From Auanema rhodensis (Eukaryota > Animalia > Nematoda), in assembly GCA_964057225.1 (NCBI GenBank), contig OZ059895.1, positions 15,562,001 to 15,626,000 on the forward strand: a stretch of DNA of 64,000 bases. The letters run 5' to 3'. Positions 11,770 through 38,349 of the stretch are shown here, piece after piece. The notes under the pieces were generated by a model. It worked only from the letters and a program-made list of their open reading frames with translations, was not told the origin of the DNA and searched no databases. Within the stretch, counting starts at the first letter, position 1; each line of letters opens with the position of its first letter. The position numbers were made by a program, and so were the translations under genes.

Positions 11770-12569
11770 ATGCATCTTCGAATCGGTGACCAGAAAACTT
11801 AAAGCAGTAACTGATAATTTTTTGGAAATCCGACAAAATATTAATAAATATCTTTATTTAATTTTTAAATTATATTTATTGATGCTATGGAGTTTTTCAA
11901 CACTCCTACTAAACTACACAACACCTCAACACCATATAATTTTTTTTTGACTTTTTGTAGTTTGTTTTCAGACCATACGACAGATATTTTTAGTGTCCGA
12001 CTTTCATTGCACAGGACTATATGTATAAGCATACGTGTAATTATAGAATTAGCTATGAGAACTATATTATGTTAGTGAACAATAGTTCAGAAAGATAAAT
12101 CGGAAAACATATTTTATTATGATATGTGATGAGGTATATTCTATATTCTGAGAACTCTGTTCTTCGCTATAATTAATACAAATTAAGCGGCTGACTTATT
12201 CAAATATACATTATCTTTTGCAAAATAATTTTTAAGTTTTAGTTTTTTTCTTCTGATTGGTAGAACTATAGAAATGAAGTCTAGAGAATAGATAAGAATT
12301 TATGTAATTAACGAAAAAAAGTGATTTAAAAAGTTTTTGAAGTTTTGAAAACAAATGAGAAATTGAAGTTATTGAATAATACCCGTGATATATGATGTCA
12401 TTCTGCAGTTCACATGATTAAAAGATTCTGAAGGAATAAGGAAAAAATATAAAAACAACCGTTCTTCTTGGCTTCAAATGTAAAAATGAATTGGATGCGT
12501 ACGTGAATTTCACGTGAACATTGAAATAATTCTTTAATATTATTTTTTTTTATTGACATATGCTAATAT

Positions 12570-14115
12570 TCAAGCCCTTGCTGGGGGTGATATGCTTCGA
12601 ATAGGAACGACTGCATTAAAGTGAGATGTGCTGAGTTCTAGCCGGCGATGAGGTGTACTTGTCGTTGTTTTTGTACCTTAACAAGCATATTTCATGATTA
12701 CAAACAGATATGATTATGTTACTGGTTATCAGATCCACATTGTATGTATTTCCAAGGAATATCTTCAAAAATCCATGACGAATCGATCGATTGAGAATAA
12801 GATAGATGTATGGAGGAAGAACTAAGAGATTATGCATGATCTATAATCAAAGAAAACAAAATTTACTTGTTGCCAGCTGATATAGAATTCCGCCAAGCTG
12901 CTGTACAAACAGTGAACAGTCAAAGAAGGTTGGTAAAACATATATAATAGATGCTATATTGCTTACAGAAACAATAGCTAGGCATTGAAAGAATAGCTAA
13001 AATGATACAAAATTCATTTGGTCTTAGACATACTGTAGATATACGGTAATTTGACGGCGTCGATCAATCATTGAGCCTAAGTTCTCTCGTAAATGTTTAG
13101 AAATGCTGAAACAGAGAAAAATGCTGGAAATGGTGTTAAATGAAACGACGAAAATATCGTTCATAGTCATTACAGGGCTGAAATACTGAAAAATAAATTC
13201 ATGAAAGTGAGCATATTTTGATCATAAAGTTTACCTGATACGAAGCATTTTTGTGAATTTGCGGGTCCCAGAAAGCCAAGCCACTCTTTAACTCAAGTAT
13301 GATGGTATATTCGAAGATGAAACAATATAAGCCCGTACATATAGGAATAAATAGAATGAGAAGTGTATATTTGCCGTTAAAGATATTCATTAATAGATAA
13401 TTTCTGCAGATATATGCTTTTAACAGGAAGAAGACAGTAACAGAGGAAGCCTTACTGAGTACCACTCAATTCAACTAATCGATTGATGATCAGAATTGAA
13501 GAGAGCATTGAGCTGGTTACCCATGCACCTAAAACACGATAAGGAAGTATATGGTTAGCATATTTAAGTAAAATAGTTATTACTTGCACCAATTGATCCA
13601 GTAATATATACGAACATAGGGGAATCACAAAATGAAATACCATAGTAATAGAGTCTACCTGAAAAGCTGAATAAGTTTGAAACTTGAACTGAAAATCTTT
13701 ATACCGCATGCTATACTGCTATATGAAACTCCACACATATCATAGAATGATATCACAACCATAATCTTATAAGTTGGATATTCTATGTGCGGTGGTTCTA
13801 GCATGACCTTGATGCAGAGCATGAAGAGAATCTGACATGTTTCAAAGAATTGTTGAGAAGATATATGTTGCTGAGCTTACGAGGGTTATGCTTCCGATGA
13901 TAATACATCCGAGGCCATAAGCTTGATATGGATCAGCATGAGCTTTCTCAACAAGATCAGGCGTCCGAGCACTAGAATGGTAAAAGTAAAATGATTGATA
14001 GCTTCTGAGTGCTATCCTCAACAACTTCAATGAGCTGAGAAGAGCAAGCAATCTCTAACCTGCAGTTGTACAGAGGATCGTTCAGGATGTTGCCATATCG
14101 TATTATGCGTTCCAT
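12570..14115 (-). CDS. Serpentine chemoreceptor, Srt family (copy D)
   Basis: MERIIRYGNILNDPLYNCS ARTPD...YPTYKIMVVISFYDM...INRLVEL...FNGKYT...FWDP...LPPYIYLILNRSIR...ISPPARA*. Same intron positions as copies A and C. Confidence 0.85.
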
Positions 14116-15313
14116 TCTTCGAAATTCAAAAATTGAATTTGTGAGAAGTTGAGAATAGGTGAAGCCAGGAAGCTCGCAGACAACAAAACGCTTTTCAACG
14201 TTTTAATTTGAGAATTGTATGAAGTTAATGGATAAGCTTATACGTTGCTTGTATGATACATAGTTAAATAGTTTATAATATGTATATGAGCATAGTTAAA
14301 CAGTAAGTAAGAAGAAGCTGATTAACACATACTAGTGTCTTGCGGAACTAGCAATATTGATGTTGCAACATAATTTTAATCTCAACAACTACAATAAGTT
14401 TCATAGAAAACTATTTTGGCTGCAACAAATATTTATAACATTTGAATGATATTTGAAGTTACAATATGGAAAGCTTATTATTCAAAAAAAAAAGATAAGA
14501 AATGAAAATATCCATGTATAATCAGCATAGTAAGAGTTTGGTACAACTGCACGCGAGCTAATCAAGTGCAGCAGGAGCACTATCGGACATCGTCGAATTC
14601 AAAGAATTGCTGATTTTCATGTGGGCATGCATAGCAAAATAAGAACTTATAGTCAGACACGTCAGCAGGGTTTTCATACAAGTTGTAACCCTCCTCCATG
14701 GCTATGTTTATAGATTTGAGCGTTTATCATATTCTGAGTATAGGACAGTGTCGGAACATCTTCTTCTAAGCTGAAGCGGCCAAGTTGTTAATGTTAGAAC
14801 TGGTGGTAGTAAGCTTTATAGGTTAAATACTAAGTTTAACTAACATATTTTTAAATTCTTTATTATTCTCCCGCACAATAAAAGTATTAATATGGCAGAA
14901 GTCTAAGAGAAGCATTCGTTAAAATTAATATTATAATTTTCTCGATCGAAATTCGTTTATACTATTTACAAAACAAATTTTAAAAATTAGCAAGAAAATG
15001 AAGGAAATAGAAACAATTTGACTAGAACATACGTTTGTTTCAATAATATATGAGAAGAGAACTTCAAACTTGAGCAGAAAATGTTCTGAAGTCATCATTA
15101 GTTGAAAAAAAAAATTTTTTTTTAAGATTAACGTAGTAAAGGTTGCCATCCAGTGATTCTCTACTATCAGAGAAGAACACGTGAAAAGCAATACACAAAA
15201 AAGGGTAGGGACAAGTTTTCTTCGAGAAAATGACCAAACAAAAGGAAAAATAAAAGAAAAATCTTCTTCTTCTTCTTCTTCTTCATCCCCATTTTCTGAT
15301 AATTGTTTGTTAT

Positions 15314-17549
15314 TTAGTAATATCTGGACCAACTAGCTGTGCTAGCTGTATAGTTGTGTGGACGATAACTGTTGAAATGGCGCAATGAGCTGTTACCGTA
15401 GTATGACCAGTACGATGGGGCAGAACTGCAAGTATAAATGTATTTTACATATACATGTATGTGTATGTGTGTGGGTGACGTTATCAAAACAAATTTATAA
15501 ATATAGAAATAGATTAATTGATCAAAGCTTAAACTGACGTAGTTCCAAGGTAATTACGACTGTACATATAGTTTTTCAAGCTTTTCGGCTGACTAGCAAT
15601 ATCGAAATTCGTTTCAGTTGCCATATAATTATATCCAGAATATCTTTAAATCATTTTAAAATTAAATTAATATAAACTTTAATTTCGTAAATGCTTACCC
15701 TCTTCTTGTTGTGATACGACTACTTTCAGGTGTCATCTGAGGTGGAGTATACGTTGGTGTTGTACCATACATTCGTTCGAATGAGCGATATGAGTAGGGT
15801 CGACGATAATCCTGTTGACTTCCATAGACATATCTAGAAGAATTTAATAATAAATCATGTGATGTTGCTAGAAATATCAGATGATTATAGGCGTTTACAT
15901 ACTTGTAGATGGGATAACTCCAAGTTCTTAAGCCACCAAAAACATCATATTTTCTAAATATATGATATAAGACCTTATCTTATTAATTATATTAATTATA
16001 AATAGAAATATACCTGAATGGTTCTTGTTCAGAACGATAATGAACATTGGTATGATATGGAACAGTAACCATAGCTAATGGGGAGCGTAATCTTGATCGT
16101 GGTCCTTGTCTATTATCGTCTACTTTCTGCAATAAAGTAGTCTTAGAAATGAAATGAAATATGAGAAAAATCATTAAAAATTGGATAAAAATAAACAGAA
16201 AATTGAATTGTTTTGAATGAAAATTTTGTTGAAAATATATACCAAATAGCTAATCAATTAGCAATACTTTGTCACCTAACTATGAGCTTCGAAACAAGAC
16301 AGACACTCTAACACTCATATACACACACACACACTTTTTCGTTCGTTACAGCTTTTCTATAGCTATTGTTGTAACAAAATAACAAAAAAAAACAATAAAA
16401 ATACATAACAGCTGATGGTTTAGCTTTGCTTAATCCTCTATATAGATTATTGACTACTGTATCTATTATATATTTTGAATTTTCTTGAATTCATGTAAAT
16501 TGGAGAGAAGAAACAGAGAAATACTGACCTCAACGCCGGAAATTTCGCGGACTGGAGTGTAGCTTCGACGTACATAGCGCTCGTATGTTCCAGAACTGTC
16601 AACTGGAGTATTTTCACGAGACCAGCGGGACAGATATTTTTCTCTGTAATTATATAAATATTATAATTAGAATTAATAATTAGAATAATTATATAGTAAA
16701 AGTTTTAAAAAGAAATAGCCAACAACCGCTCTGCATATGTGAGAAAGACAAGAATGATGATGAGTGAGATTGGCGGCAAATTTGAATATAATAATAGCTT
16801 ACCGAGAAATGAATGAAAGATCTACAGATCTGCTACGAGGTACTCTATATACATCTCTATATGACATTGTTGATTCTTTAAGTTCTTCTGGAGTCAATCT
16901 GAAACGAAAATGTTGAAGATTGATGTGATGAGCATCTGATGTGTATGAAGAATACCGTTCAACGTATGGCGCGTCAAGTATTTCGCTTTCCTTGGCACGA
17001 GCAAGTTGTTGCCAAGTTTTTCCTTTAGAGTAAGCGAGTAGTGCCTTGGCAGCAACCAAAGCAGATTCTCTATAGATATAACTGATTATGAAATTGTTTT
17101 TAATAAAAAGAAATTAGATGATTAACGTGATGACATGTTAAACGATAAATTAGATAATTATAAATATAATAATTATAATATTTAATAGGTAATAAGGAAT
17201 GTGGGAAGTACTATATGTATAGTAAGTACTTAGAAGGATATGTATGTGTGTGAGAGTAGTGCTAGAAGATAATGATATGTGATGAGAGTGAGAGTGAGAG
17301 AACAAGATGAATCAGGCAGCTGAGAGTTAATCTGGGGGCACTAAGCTCTTGCTAGCATGTTGGGTACAGAATCGATGTGTAAGGCATTATTTATAAGTAA
17401 AATAATTATTATATAGGATAATAGATATGTGTAGTTTTCGATAACATGAATATCTTGGAAATGCGGACAAAACTAACTGAGAAAAATAAAAACTACCTGG
17501 GCTGTTGTGCTATAAAGCGATGGCCGATGTTGTCCGGCTGTTCATTCAT
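15314..17549 (-). CDS. Tyr/Arg/Ser-rich protein of unknown function (~9 exons)
   Basis: Phase-consistent exons: MNEQPDNIGHRFIAQQP | RESALVAAKALLAYSKGK...YVER | LTPEELKESTMSYRDVYRVPRSRSVDLSFISR | EKYLSRWSRE... | ...PYHTNVHYRSEQEPFR | KYDVFGGLRTWSYPIYK | YVYG...TTRRG | YSGYNYMA... | ...SWSRYY*. The first exon is the least certain. Confidence 0.75.
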
Positions 17550-19099
17550 GATGAATTTTTAGTCTATTCCAAAGCGTTAACTATATTATAAATAAGAGAA
17601 GTAAGGCTAAGAGATTGGCTTTTCCAATAATTCTTCAGCAGATTTCGAAATACCGAGTGAATCAGATGTGGGAATGATATTCGTTTTGGGAAGTTAGATA
17701 GAAAATGTTGTAACTATCTGCGAGACGACGATGTAAAGTATGCTTGCACCACCGAAATATCTGATAATTCACCGTCGTTTTGAGTTAATAGAGAGCAGAG
17801 CGAACAAATCTGAGTTTAGATGATGAAGTGTTAGAGCAAAAAGCTAAAAGAAACTGCAATCAAACGGGTGAACTGAGAGAGAAAAAGAGAAAACAAGAGA
17901 TATGACAGTTCCGCAAGCAAACCATCCTAGTTTTTCGGCATAGAACTCATGTTTGAGATTTGTGAAGATACAACAATCCTTCTCATCATTATCTTTCTCC
18001 GTTTCTCCTTCATTCTATCTTTTTTCAAATCTCTATACCCATTCCTCTCCCTTTTCTCTCTCTCTTTAGCCCATTACTTGAAAGAGAAGAGAAAATATAT
18101 ATTGAGATATGTACTTTTGGCATGTTAACACAAAGCTTCATCTGTAATCAAGATATATACAAAAGAACGTTTTGTTCTCTGATTAAAACAATTTCATTTC
18201 TTAGTCATTGTAGCAATATGTGCAACAAATTTTGTTATTTGACCACATATTTTCGTGTTAAGACCAAAATGAATGAATACAATATTAAAATACATCTTTG
18301 TAATATTTGAACAAATACAGTTTTTTAATTAAAAAAGGACAATAATCAATGTACATGATCAGATGTTTAAGAGAAATTATATGGAGTTGGGAGGTGGGCG
18401 AGAGTGAGGATGGATGCAAGTTGGTATTAGAAGACAAAACCCAGTATTAGATGATTGCTGATGTAGGAAGAAGAAGAAGCAGAAGATGAGGAGGAGGAGG
18501 GTTATGTAGGAATACAGCTAGGCTGCTGAATCTGCTACAGACAACAACGATTTGAAAAAAACAAATAAGATTTTTGAATGAAAAAGGGGAGACAGGAAAA
18601 GAATGCGAGGGCGGATATTTGATGCTGCTGATATACTTAGTGTATTTGAAATTGATGAAATCACGAAGTATATGAAAAGGAAATCAATGAAACAGTCGAA
18701 AATATTTTCTTTGGTTATAGTTAAGAGGTTCGAGACAAAAAAAATTATTTTGAACAAAGATTGGCTGATGCAACATCTCAAATTTCCAGGCTAAACATCG
18801 AACAATATTCGGTTATGTCCGATATTTTAATGATTGTAAGAAAAAGAAACATTAAAAAACTACAAAATATGGAATGAAAATGTCATTTCTGGAGAATAAT
18901 TCGCGAATAGAAGATGGCAACAAGCGAAAAATCGTAAATTTTAGGCTCAAAAGTTGAAATGTGGGGGAGCTTTTAGTTCAAAGCGATTTTTGACAAAATC
19001 TCTGAAATCAGAGAAAGGCTGCTTGTTCACCAATAATCATTCAGAATGCCATTCTATTTCATCTTCTGATGTGCTTCTCTCACTTATTTCTATATCTAT

Positions 19100-32065
<12,966 letters not shown>

Positions 32066-32348
32066 TTGTTAGATTTTACATTTACCACTTTTATGATCAA
32101 GTCTTGCTTTTCTATATTGTTTTTTATGCTTTTAGTTCCGTTTCGTCGTTCATATTTGTTAACTTCTTAGAATTTTAAAAAACACCTTTGCAATCACATC
32201 ATCCTCGTCTTCCAACCTTCCAACAACATTCATATATTATTCATTACAGGTACATTCAGAAGCACATGTTATTCTAATTTTGGCGCTGAAACTCTGACTC
32301 CTCTCTTCATATACAATCCCACACCCATATACAAGTTAAGACCTTGCA

Positions 32349-34640
32349 ATGGGCAAGCTGGATCGTTTTGATATTGAGCTTAATAATCCAGAAGAAGCCT
32401 ACTTTGCCGGTCAAGAAATTTCAGGAAAAGTTCGTTTTCAATCCGTTAACTTTCACTTTTGCCTCAATTAATCACGTTCTTTTATCCAATGTTACAACAT
32501 TAAACATTTCGTATATATTTCAACAAAACAATTAAACAAATATACTTTCTTAAAGCCAAAATCTTCAATAAGTAAAAGCTCAAAAGCATGGAAATTCAAC
32601 ATTCACAACTAACAATAGACATTGCTTATTGTTCTTTTCACTCTCTCTCCATGTTTTCAGGTCATTATCGAGGTTACGGAACCTAAGAAAGTTAATGAAA
32701 TTCTGTTAGAATTGAAGGGTCGAGCAAAGACCTATTGGACAAAGCACTCAGGTGAATTCAAAGTTTAATTTTCATCATTTTCGTTTCGTTTTCATTTCTC
32801 TTTCACAACTATATCATCAAGTATTATATAAGAGTACAAGACTCAATTACATGTAAATACATTTATATTCTAGGGAAATCCAGAAAACACTATACTCATT
32901 CTGAGCCATATTTTTTGGAACAATTCAATACATCATACACACACAAATTCACAATAACAAAGGATGGAAAAGAAAAAGTTAGTTCGTTAGCTTGTTCGTC
33001 GTCAATTGAGAATTGAGAATTTCTTATAGCAAAATCAATAGGTTAAAGCTTTACATATGGTTGTTGTCTGTTTTCAGGAACGCATCTTACCTGCGGGCGT
33101 GCATGAAGTTCCATTCTCATATACATTGCCGAAGTCACTGCCAACGTCGTATGAAGGCGAATTCGGACATATTAGATATACTTGTAAAGCAACATGCGAA
33201 CGATCATGGGATTTCGATATTGTGTCGCGAAAAGCTTTTACTGTTATAGGAATTGAGGATATCAATTCAGATTCAAAGGTTTGTGCTTAGTCAGCTCTTC
33301 TGCTCATCATGTATCATCTTAGCTAATCCATGCCTTCTGTTATACTCATTCATACTTTCAGCTCAACGAGCCGCTATCGATATCTGAATCAAATCATACC
33401 GTTGCTCTCTGTTGTCGGAAGAATGGTTCAGTTACGGGAGAAATATCACTACCTAAAGGAGGTTTTACACCCGGAGAAACAGTACCAGTCAGCTATAGGT
33501 TAGTACTTCATGCCTCCAATTACCTTCTCTTCTATTCATTGTCATTGTTTCAGGATTATAAATTCAAGTTCACGTGTAAGAGGTTATACTATTCGTCTAG
33601 TTCAAGCCACAACATATAAGTAAGTGAATTACTCAAAATTAGCATATTGGAATGACGTAATCAAGCTAGCACACTTTCCATTTCTAACTTATCGGCTATA
33701 TTAAAGCGGTTGCTCTTCGTTGTGCGCTATAAACTATTTCATCATTCCACTATATTTTCAAAATAATTTTTTTGTTTTTCAGAGCTAAGACGTTTGCTGG
33801 TCATGAGCATGTTAAAACCACAAATCAAATCATCTCGAAATCGGATAAAAATGAAGTAAAGATGTGCTGCAGGAATTGAAGTAATATACAAAACTTGTTT
33901 AGGTTCAATCTAACACAACAACTGCTTGGATTGCAGAACAGATTACTTTGCCTTCATTACCACCTCGCTTAGGAAAATGCAAAATTATTTCAACGCAGTA
34001 TGCAGTGGAATTAGAGGTTGTTGATCTCAAATGAATGATTCATCTTATCCATCACTTCAGATTGAGCCAGCATTCACTGTATCCTGTCCCCTAATCATCG
34101 GATCAATTCCTCAACTGTCAGATCTTTTAGTTCATTCCAAGGTAAAACAACAAGCAAATGAATGTCGTTTACAATGAAAATAACTTGTAGATGCGCACTA
34201 ACTGTCTCGAAACAAAGAGTAATCTCAAATCTGATACACCACCGAAACATGAGTCACCAACAGTTGATGTACAAGTGAGTTACAACATAATTCCGTTCAA
34301 TGTTTTCATCAGAAGAGCAATCCTTTCAACTTTAAACTTGCAGGTGACTATAACTGATGAATCTGGTAAAACAATTTGTGAAGAATTGAGTAATGAAATG
34401 GACGCTCTCTTATCAGCTAGAAAACGGGTACGAATGCCTTCGTCAATTCTCTCCGAATTATATCCGACGATGCCAAGTCCATACTACAGGTACTATCATA
34501 GCTAATAATAGATTATATTATATACAACAAATGATTTCAGGGAATCATTTCACGGACCTGTTGATATTTCCGATGAAAAAGAAAGCGCTCAATATGGGGA
34601 AAAGCTGTTTGCGCCTAAATATCCATTTTACACGGATTAA
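32349..34640 (+). CDS. arrd-17: Alpha-arrestin (arrestin-domain protein ARRD-17/CNP-1)
   Basis: MGKLDRFDIELNNPEEAYFAGQEISGK | VIIEVTEPKKVNEILLELKGRAKTYWTKHS | GKSRKH... | ERILPAGVHEVPFSYTLPKSLPTSYEGEFGHIRYTCKA... ending FAPKYPFYTD*. Closely matches C. elegans ARRD-17 as recalled. Confidence 0.92.
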
Positions 34641-35615
34641 ATGTGACCGAGAACATAATAATATTGAATAAAAGTTTTATCTAATTACAAATGCTTTCGT
34701 ACAGAGAAAAAAATTTTTTTGTGAGATAATCTGAAAGTTAGAGGAAGGGCTCATCACATTAGCCAGGGTATGACTCTCTAACAGGTGGCATAGTAAATCC
34801 AATTTGGACACAAATTATTCAACAATGAAAAAGAAAAAATGTGGTAATGATTGAGCTAAATCAAAATGAGATTACAAGAATAAATATCATTTGTAGGAAA
34901 AGGGAAAACAAAGCACAAAAGGAAAAGCCAACGTCGAAAGGGTACAAGATATATAGATAAACCGCATGAGGTAGATGATAGTAGTAACAATTCAAAGGAA
35001 TACAACTGACACAATGAGATACACGATTAGACGAAAAGAAATACAATTATTCTGATCCTAGAGATTCGTTTGAATCAAATCTACTTGGAAAAAGACAAAG
35101 TCAATCTAGACATTTCCTAGAAAATGGGTTAGATGAAGAAGTTTTAACCATAATGAACTAATACACTCACTCTCTTTCTTACTCACTTCAGTTCATTTCC
35201 ATTTTATCTTTTGCTGATATATACATACAAACACTCGTCCTTTGAAGTTCACGATATAGCTGTGAATCTTCAAAGTTGGATATTGCTTGTGTAAATATAT
35301 CAGATGATTGCAAAACTTTTATAAACTTCAGAAAAGCAAAGAAAAGAAGTAAAAAATGAAAACTCGTCAACTAAAAGGTAAGATGGGCTAATATGGACAC
35401 GGGGAATTCAACTAAAAAACTGCATCTTTCTATCTTTGACGGGAACCGAGTTACATACCACGCGCAGTCGGAATAAGCACCTAAAATAGATAATGGGCAA
35501 CTTATAATCTTTGAAGATAATATCGAATTAATCGAAAACAATACTGATTTCAGCTAACAAACTCTGTCACACTTTGTGATCATGCGGAATTGCAGCATTT
35601 AATTTCTCACTTAAG

Positions 35616-36319
35616 CTAATTTTTCCTCAAACAGGTGGTCAAGAAGGCTTCGACCTCCTCTATATTTTTGAAGCTTTTGCCCTTCAAAAAAAGCTCCATA
35701 TATCTATAATAAATGAGAGCAAGGTCAGATGAACACGGTGGATGCTCCAGGAGCTCCCATCCTTTCTCCTCCACAAATGGCCACATGAGGCCACGCGTTG
35801 TCACGGAGGAGAAAGATTTACCGTAAAACGTTTCATTGAAACAGCCTACGGACGCCGTTGAATTTGTTCGACATAGAGCCTATTATTCAACTTATCACCT
35901 TAATTCAATAATTCGTAATGAATTATTTCTCCTTCATCCCTAAAACAACATAATAACATTAGCGCCGTTCCTGATCTTGGATGGTCTCCCAGATCCAAGT
36001 TGCTAGGTTTAAATCTAACTCATGATTTACAGGTTTACGGGTTACTTTAAGGAGGTATATCTTTAAGTGGATTAGAGAAGATTATAAGCTTTCAAACCTT
36101 GATTGGAATACAGCTTAAGACAATTACGTATGTGTTATATGACGAGAGCCATTTCAAAAAACGAGAGCAAAAGCGAAATCAGAAGTCAAAAAAAAGTTTT
36201 TTCAATTTAAAACATTTTTTCAAATATAATTTGGAATTTGGTTTATGCTAATTTTTAATTTTAAAATATTTATTCACATTTCAATGTGGGTGGCCGGAAA
36301 CTTTTGAGCACACCTAATA
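35616..36319 (-). mobile_element. Decayed, internally deleted mariner (Tc1/mariner) transposon
   Basis: Mariner-type terminus TA-TTAGGTGTGCTCAAAAGTTTCCGG (36319 down to ~36294). Degenerate transposase pieces: HIRNCL...QGLKA, FKPSNLDLGDHPRSG, IIHYELL*G...LYVEQIQR, GWELLEHPPCSSDLA...FLKGKSF. Stops and deletions are present, and the second TIR was not found. Confidence 0.85.
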
Positions 36320-36435
36320 AATACCCCAAAATGAATAAGAAATAATTCAGATTTTTAAGTGACTTAAACTCGGGAATTTATGTATTTTGGTTTAAACATT
36401 TTTGCACATCATAAGACAAGAAAATACCGGAATAA

Positions 36436-37164
36436 TCAGGAATCGAAATCTTCTTCGTGTTTCCTTTTCAGCAGATTTGTAACATGTTCTGGGCGAAGCT
36501 GTTGTATTACAGGAGCGTCTTGCCTTGGAATTGAGGTTGTGATACTCTGAAAGCTCATACTAGTTATGGCACTGGGGCTGAAATCAAGTACAAACCTGCT
36601 GCTGATTTTCACTAGCTCGCCATTCCATATTAGGTTGTAAAAGACAAAATCTGCAATGCGAAAAACATTAAAATTGCCTTCATCAACGACAGAAATACTA
36701 ATGTTGTTTATGAAACTTACCGATCATTAGGAAGTTTCAATCCAAAATTATGCCTAATTTGTGGAAGGGGTTGAGCATTTTTCTCCGACGCCATTTGTAA
36801 TAACTTAGTTCTATCTGGTGTACGATCCATTAAGGCACCTGAATATGTATTTTTCAATGTATTTAATCGCCTTGTATCATCATTTACCGCTAAACTCCAT
36901 AGCTATTTGAACATCAGTCTCATCAATCGCCGTTTTGCTACAATGTTGTGATATTGCTCGAGCACCAGTTAGAAGCTGAGCTGTTGTTGCATACGCAACC
37001 TACGTAATCAAAACATAAACTTGAGGAAAACATGCCCAACTTACATCTAATAATTGGCTAATAACAGTTGGTTCATACTCAGTAACACCAGCTTCTCGAA
37101 GCAAAGCTTGCATACGAGCAGCATCTTCGCTGCCTTGGCCAGTGCCGGTGGCGGAGCCTGACAT
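36436..37164 (-). CDS. taf-9: TFIID subunit TAF9
   Basis: [28 protein letters not shown] | VAY...[19 protein letters not shown]...[43 protein letters not shown]...[11 protein letters not shown]: TAF9 histone fold plus the conserved C-terminal region. Confidence 0.92.
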
Positions 37165-37494
37165 CTTAAATTAATTTTTTTTGTTTCATAATGTATTTAG
37201 ACCAAGTGTCAAAATACGAATTGGTGTTTGAGACCTCAATTAAAAAAAACTGCGAAGAAAAGAAAATGAAGCTTTATTTCCGGTATAAGTTAGAAAAAAG
37301 ATCAAAAAATTGGGAGAAAGCCAGAAAGGTTTTCTAAATATTCACAAAGTGAGCATAATACCATATGGTTAAAACATTAGCTGGAATAATAATAAAGTTA
37401 GGAACAATGTAAGTGATATGGATAAGCAAATGACCAAACATGTACAAGATCACATCGTATTTGCTTTGAAATTTACAAATTTTCGTTTCTTTCT

Positions 37495-38076
37495 TTACGA
37501 ATTCATAACGGTACGAATGAAATCGCTAATGTTGATGTTTCCACGGGAATCATTATGTCCAGCAAGGAGTTGATCAACTTCTTCGTCTGTCAATCTTTCT
37601 CCTTAAATTGAAAGAAAAAACGAAAATTACGAGTTAAGCTGTAAAAAACGAACCCAAGGTTGTAAGCAAGTGTCTGAGCTCAGCGACATTGATTAATCCA
37701 TTTCCTTCTTTGTCGAAGTGAGCTAATCCTTCAACAAACTCTTCAGGAGTATGCTTTCCTCTGCAAAAATTAAAACAACCAGTAAAAGAAAAACTTCGAG
37801 TATTCAGTACCTGACTTTGCTTACTGTTTGATAAATGGGAACGAAGTCCTCGAAAGTTAATCGAGCTTCTTTATCAAAGTTAGCGCAACATCTTGAAATT
37901 TCAGCTTCAGTTGGGTTTTGTCCAAGAGCACGAAGAACATCACCAACCTAAAGTTGAAAAAAAAAGGGAATAAAATAAAATATTTGAAGATATACCTGTT
38001 GAACGCTGATCCGTTCATCACCCTTGCTATCAAAATAAGCAAAAACTTCACGGCACTCAGCTAATTGCTCTTCCAT
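37495..38076 (-). CDS. mlc-5: Non-muscle myosin essential light chain
   Basis: [27 protein letters not shown] | [17 protein letters not shown]...[65 protein letters not shown]. Confidence 0.95.
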
Positions 38077-38349
38077 TCTTCAAATTATATATTTGTTAAT
38101 AAGAAAATTAAATAAATAAAAGAAAAGCATTGTGTGAAGAATAAAACAAAAAAACAGACTGGGTAGCGACGCGAAATAACACGAATTTAAAAAAAAAAGC
38201 AGAAAACTGAAATTGTTACAGATAAAATTCATTTTAAAAGTGAATTTATTATAATTTTAAATATAATTTTACTATAAAAGAAGTAAATTCTGAATATTAG
38301 AGTTAAAGGTCAAAAAGGAATCAATAAAAGGGAAAGAAGACTAAGAGAG

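Noticed and set aside
11394-11802. Three repetitive ORFs (MPSPTWVVSK, GILLTTHVGL, YNPCRAGHLT repeats)
   Set aside because: By-products of a stop-free 30-nt repeat that is open in several frames on both strands; no splice or start context.
34967-34988. let-7-like start TGAGGTAG
   Set aside because: No complementary star arm nearby, so no pre-miRNA hairpin.
35188-35370. Possible small secreted protein between arrd-17 and the mariner relic
   Set aside because: Non-ATG start, and I could not build a consistent downstream exon chain.
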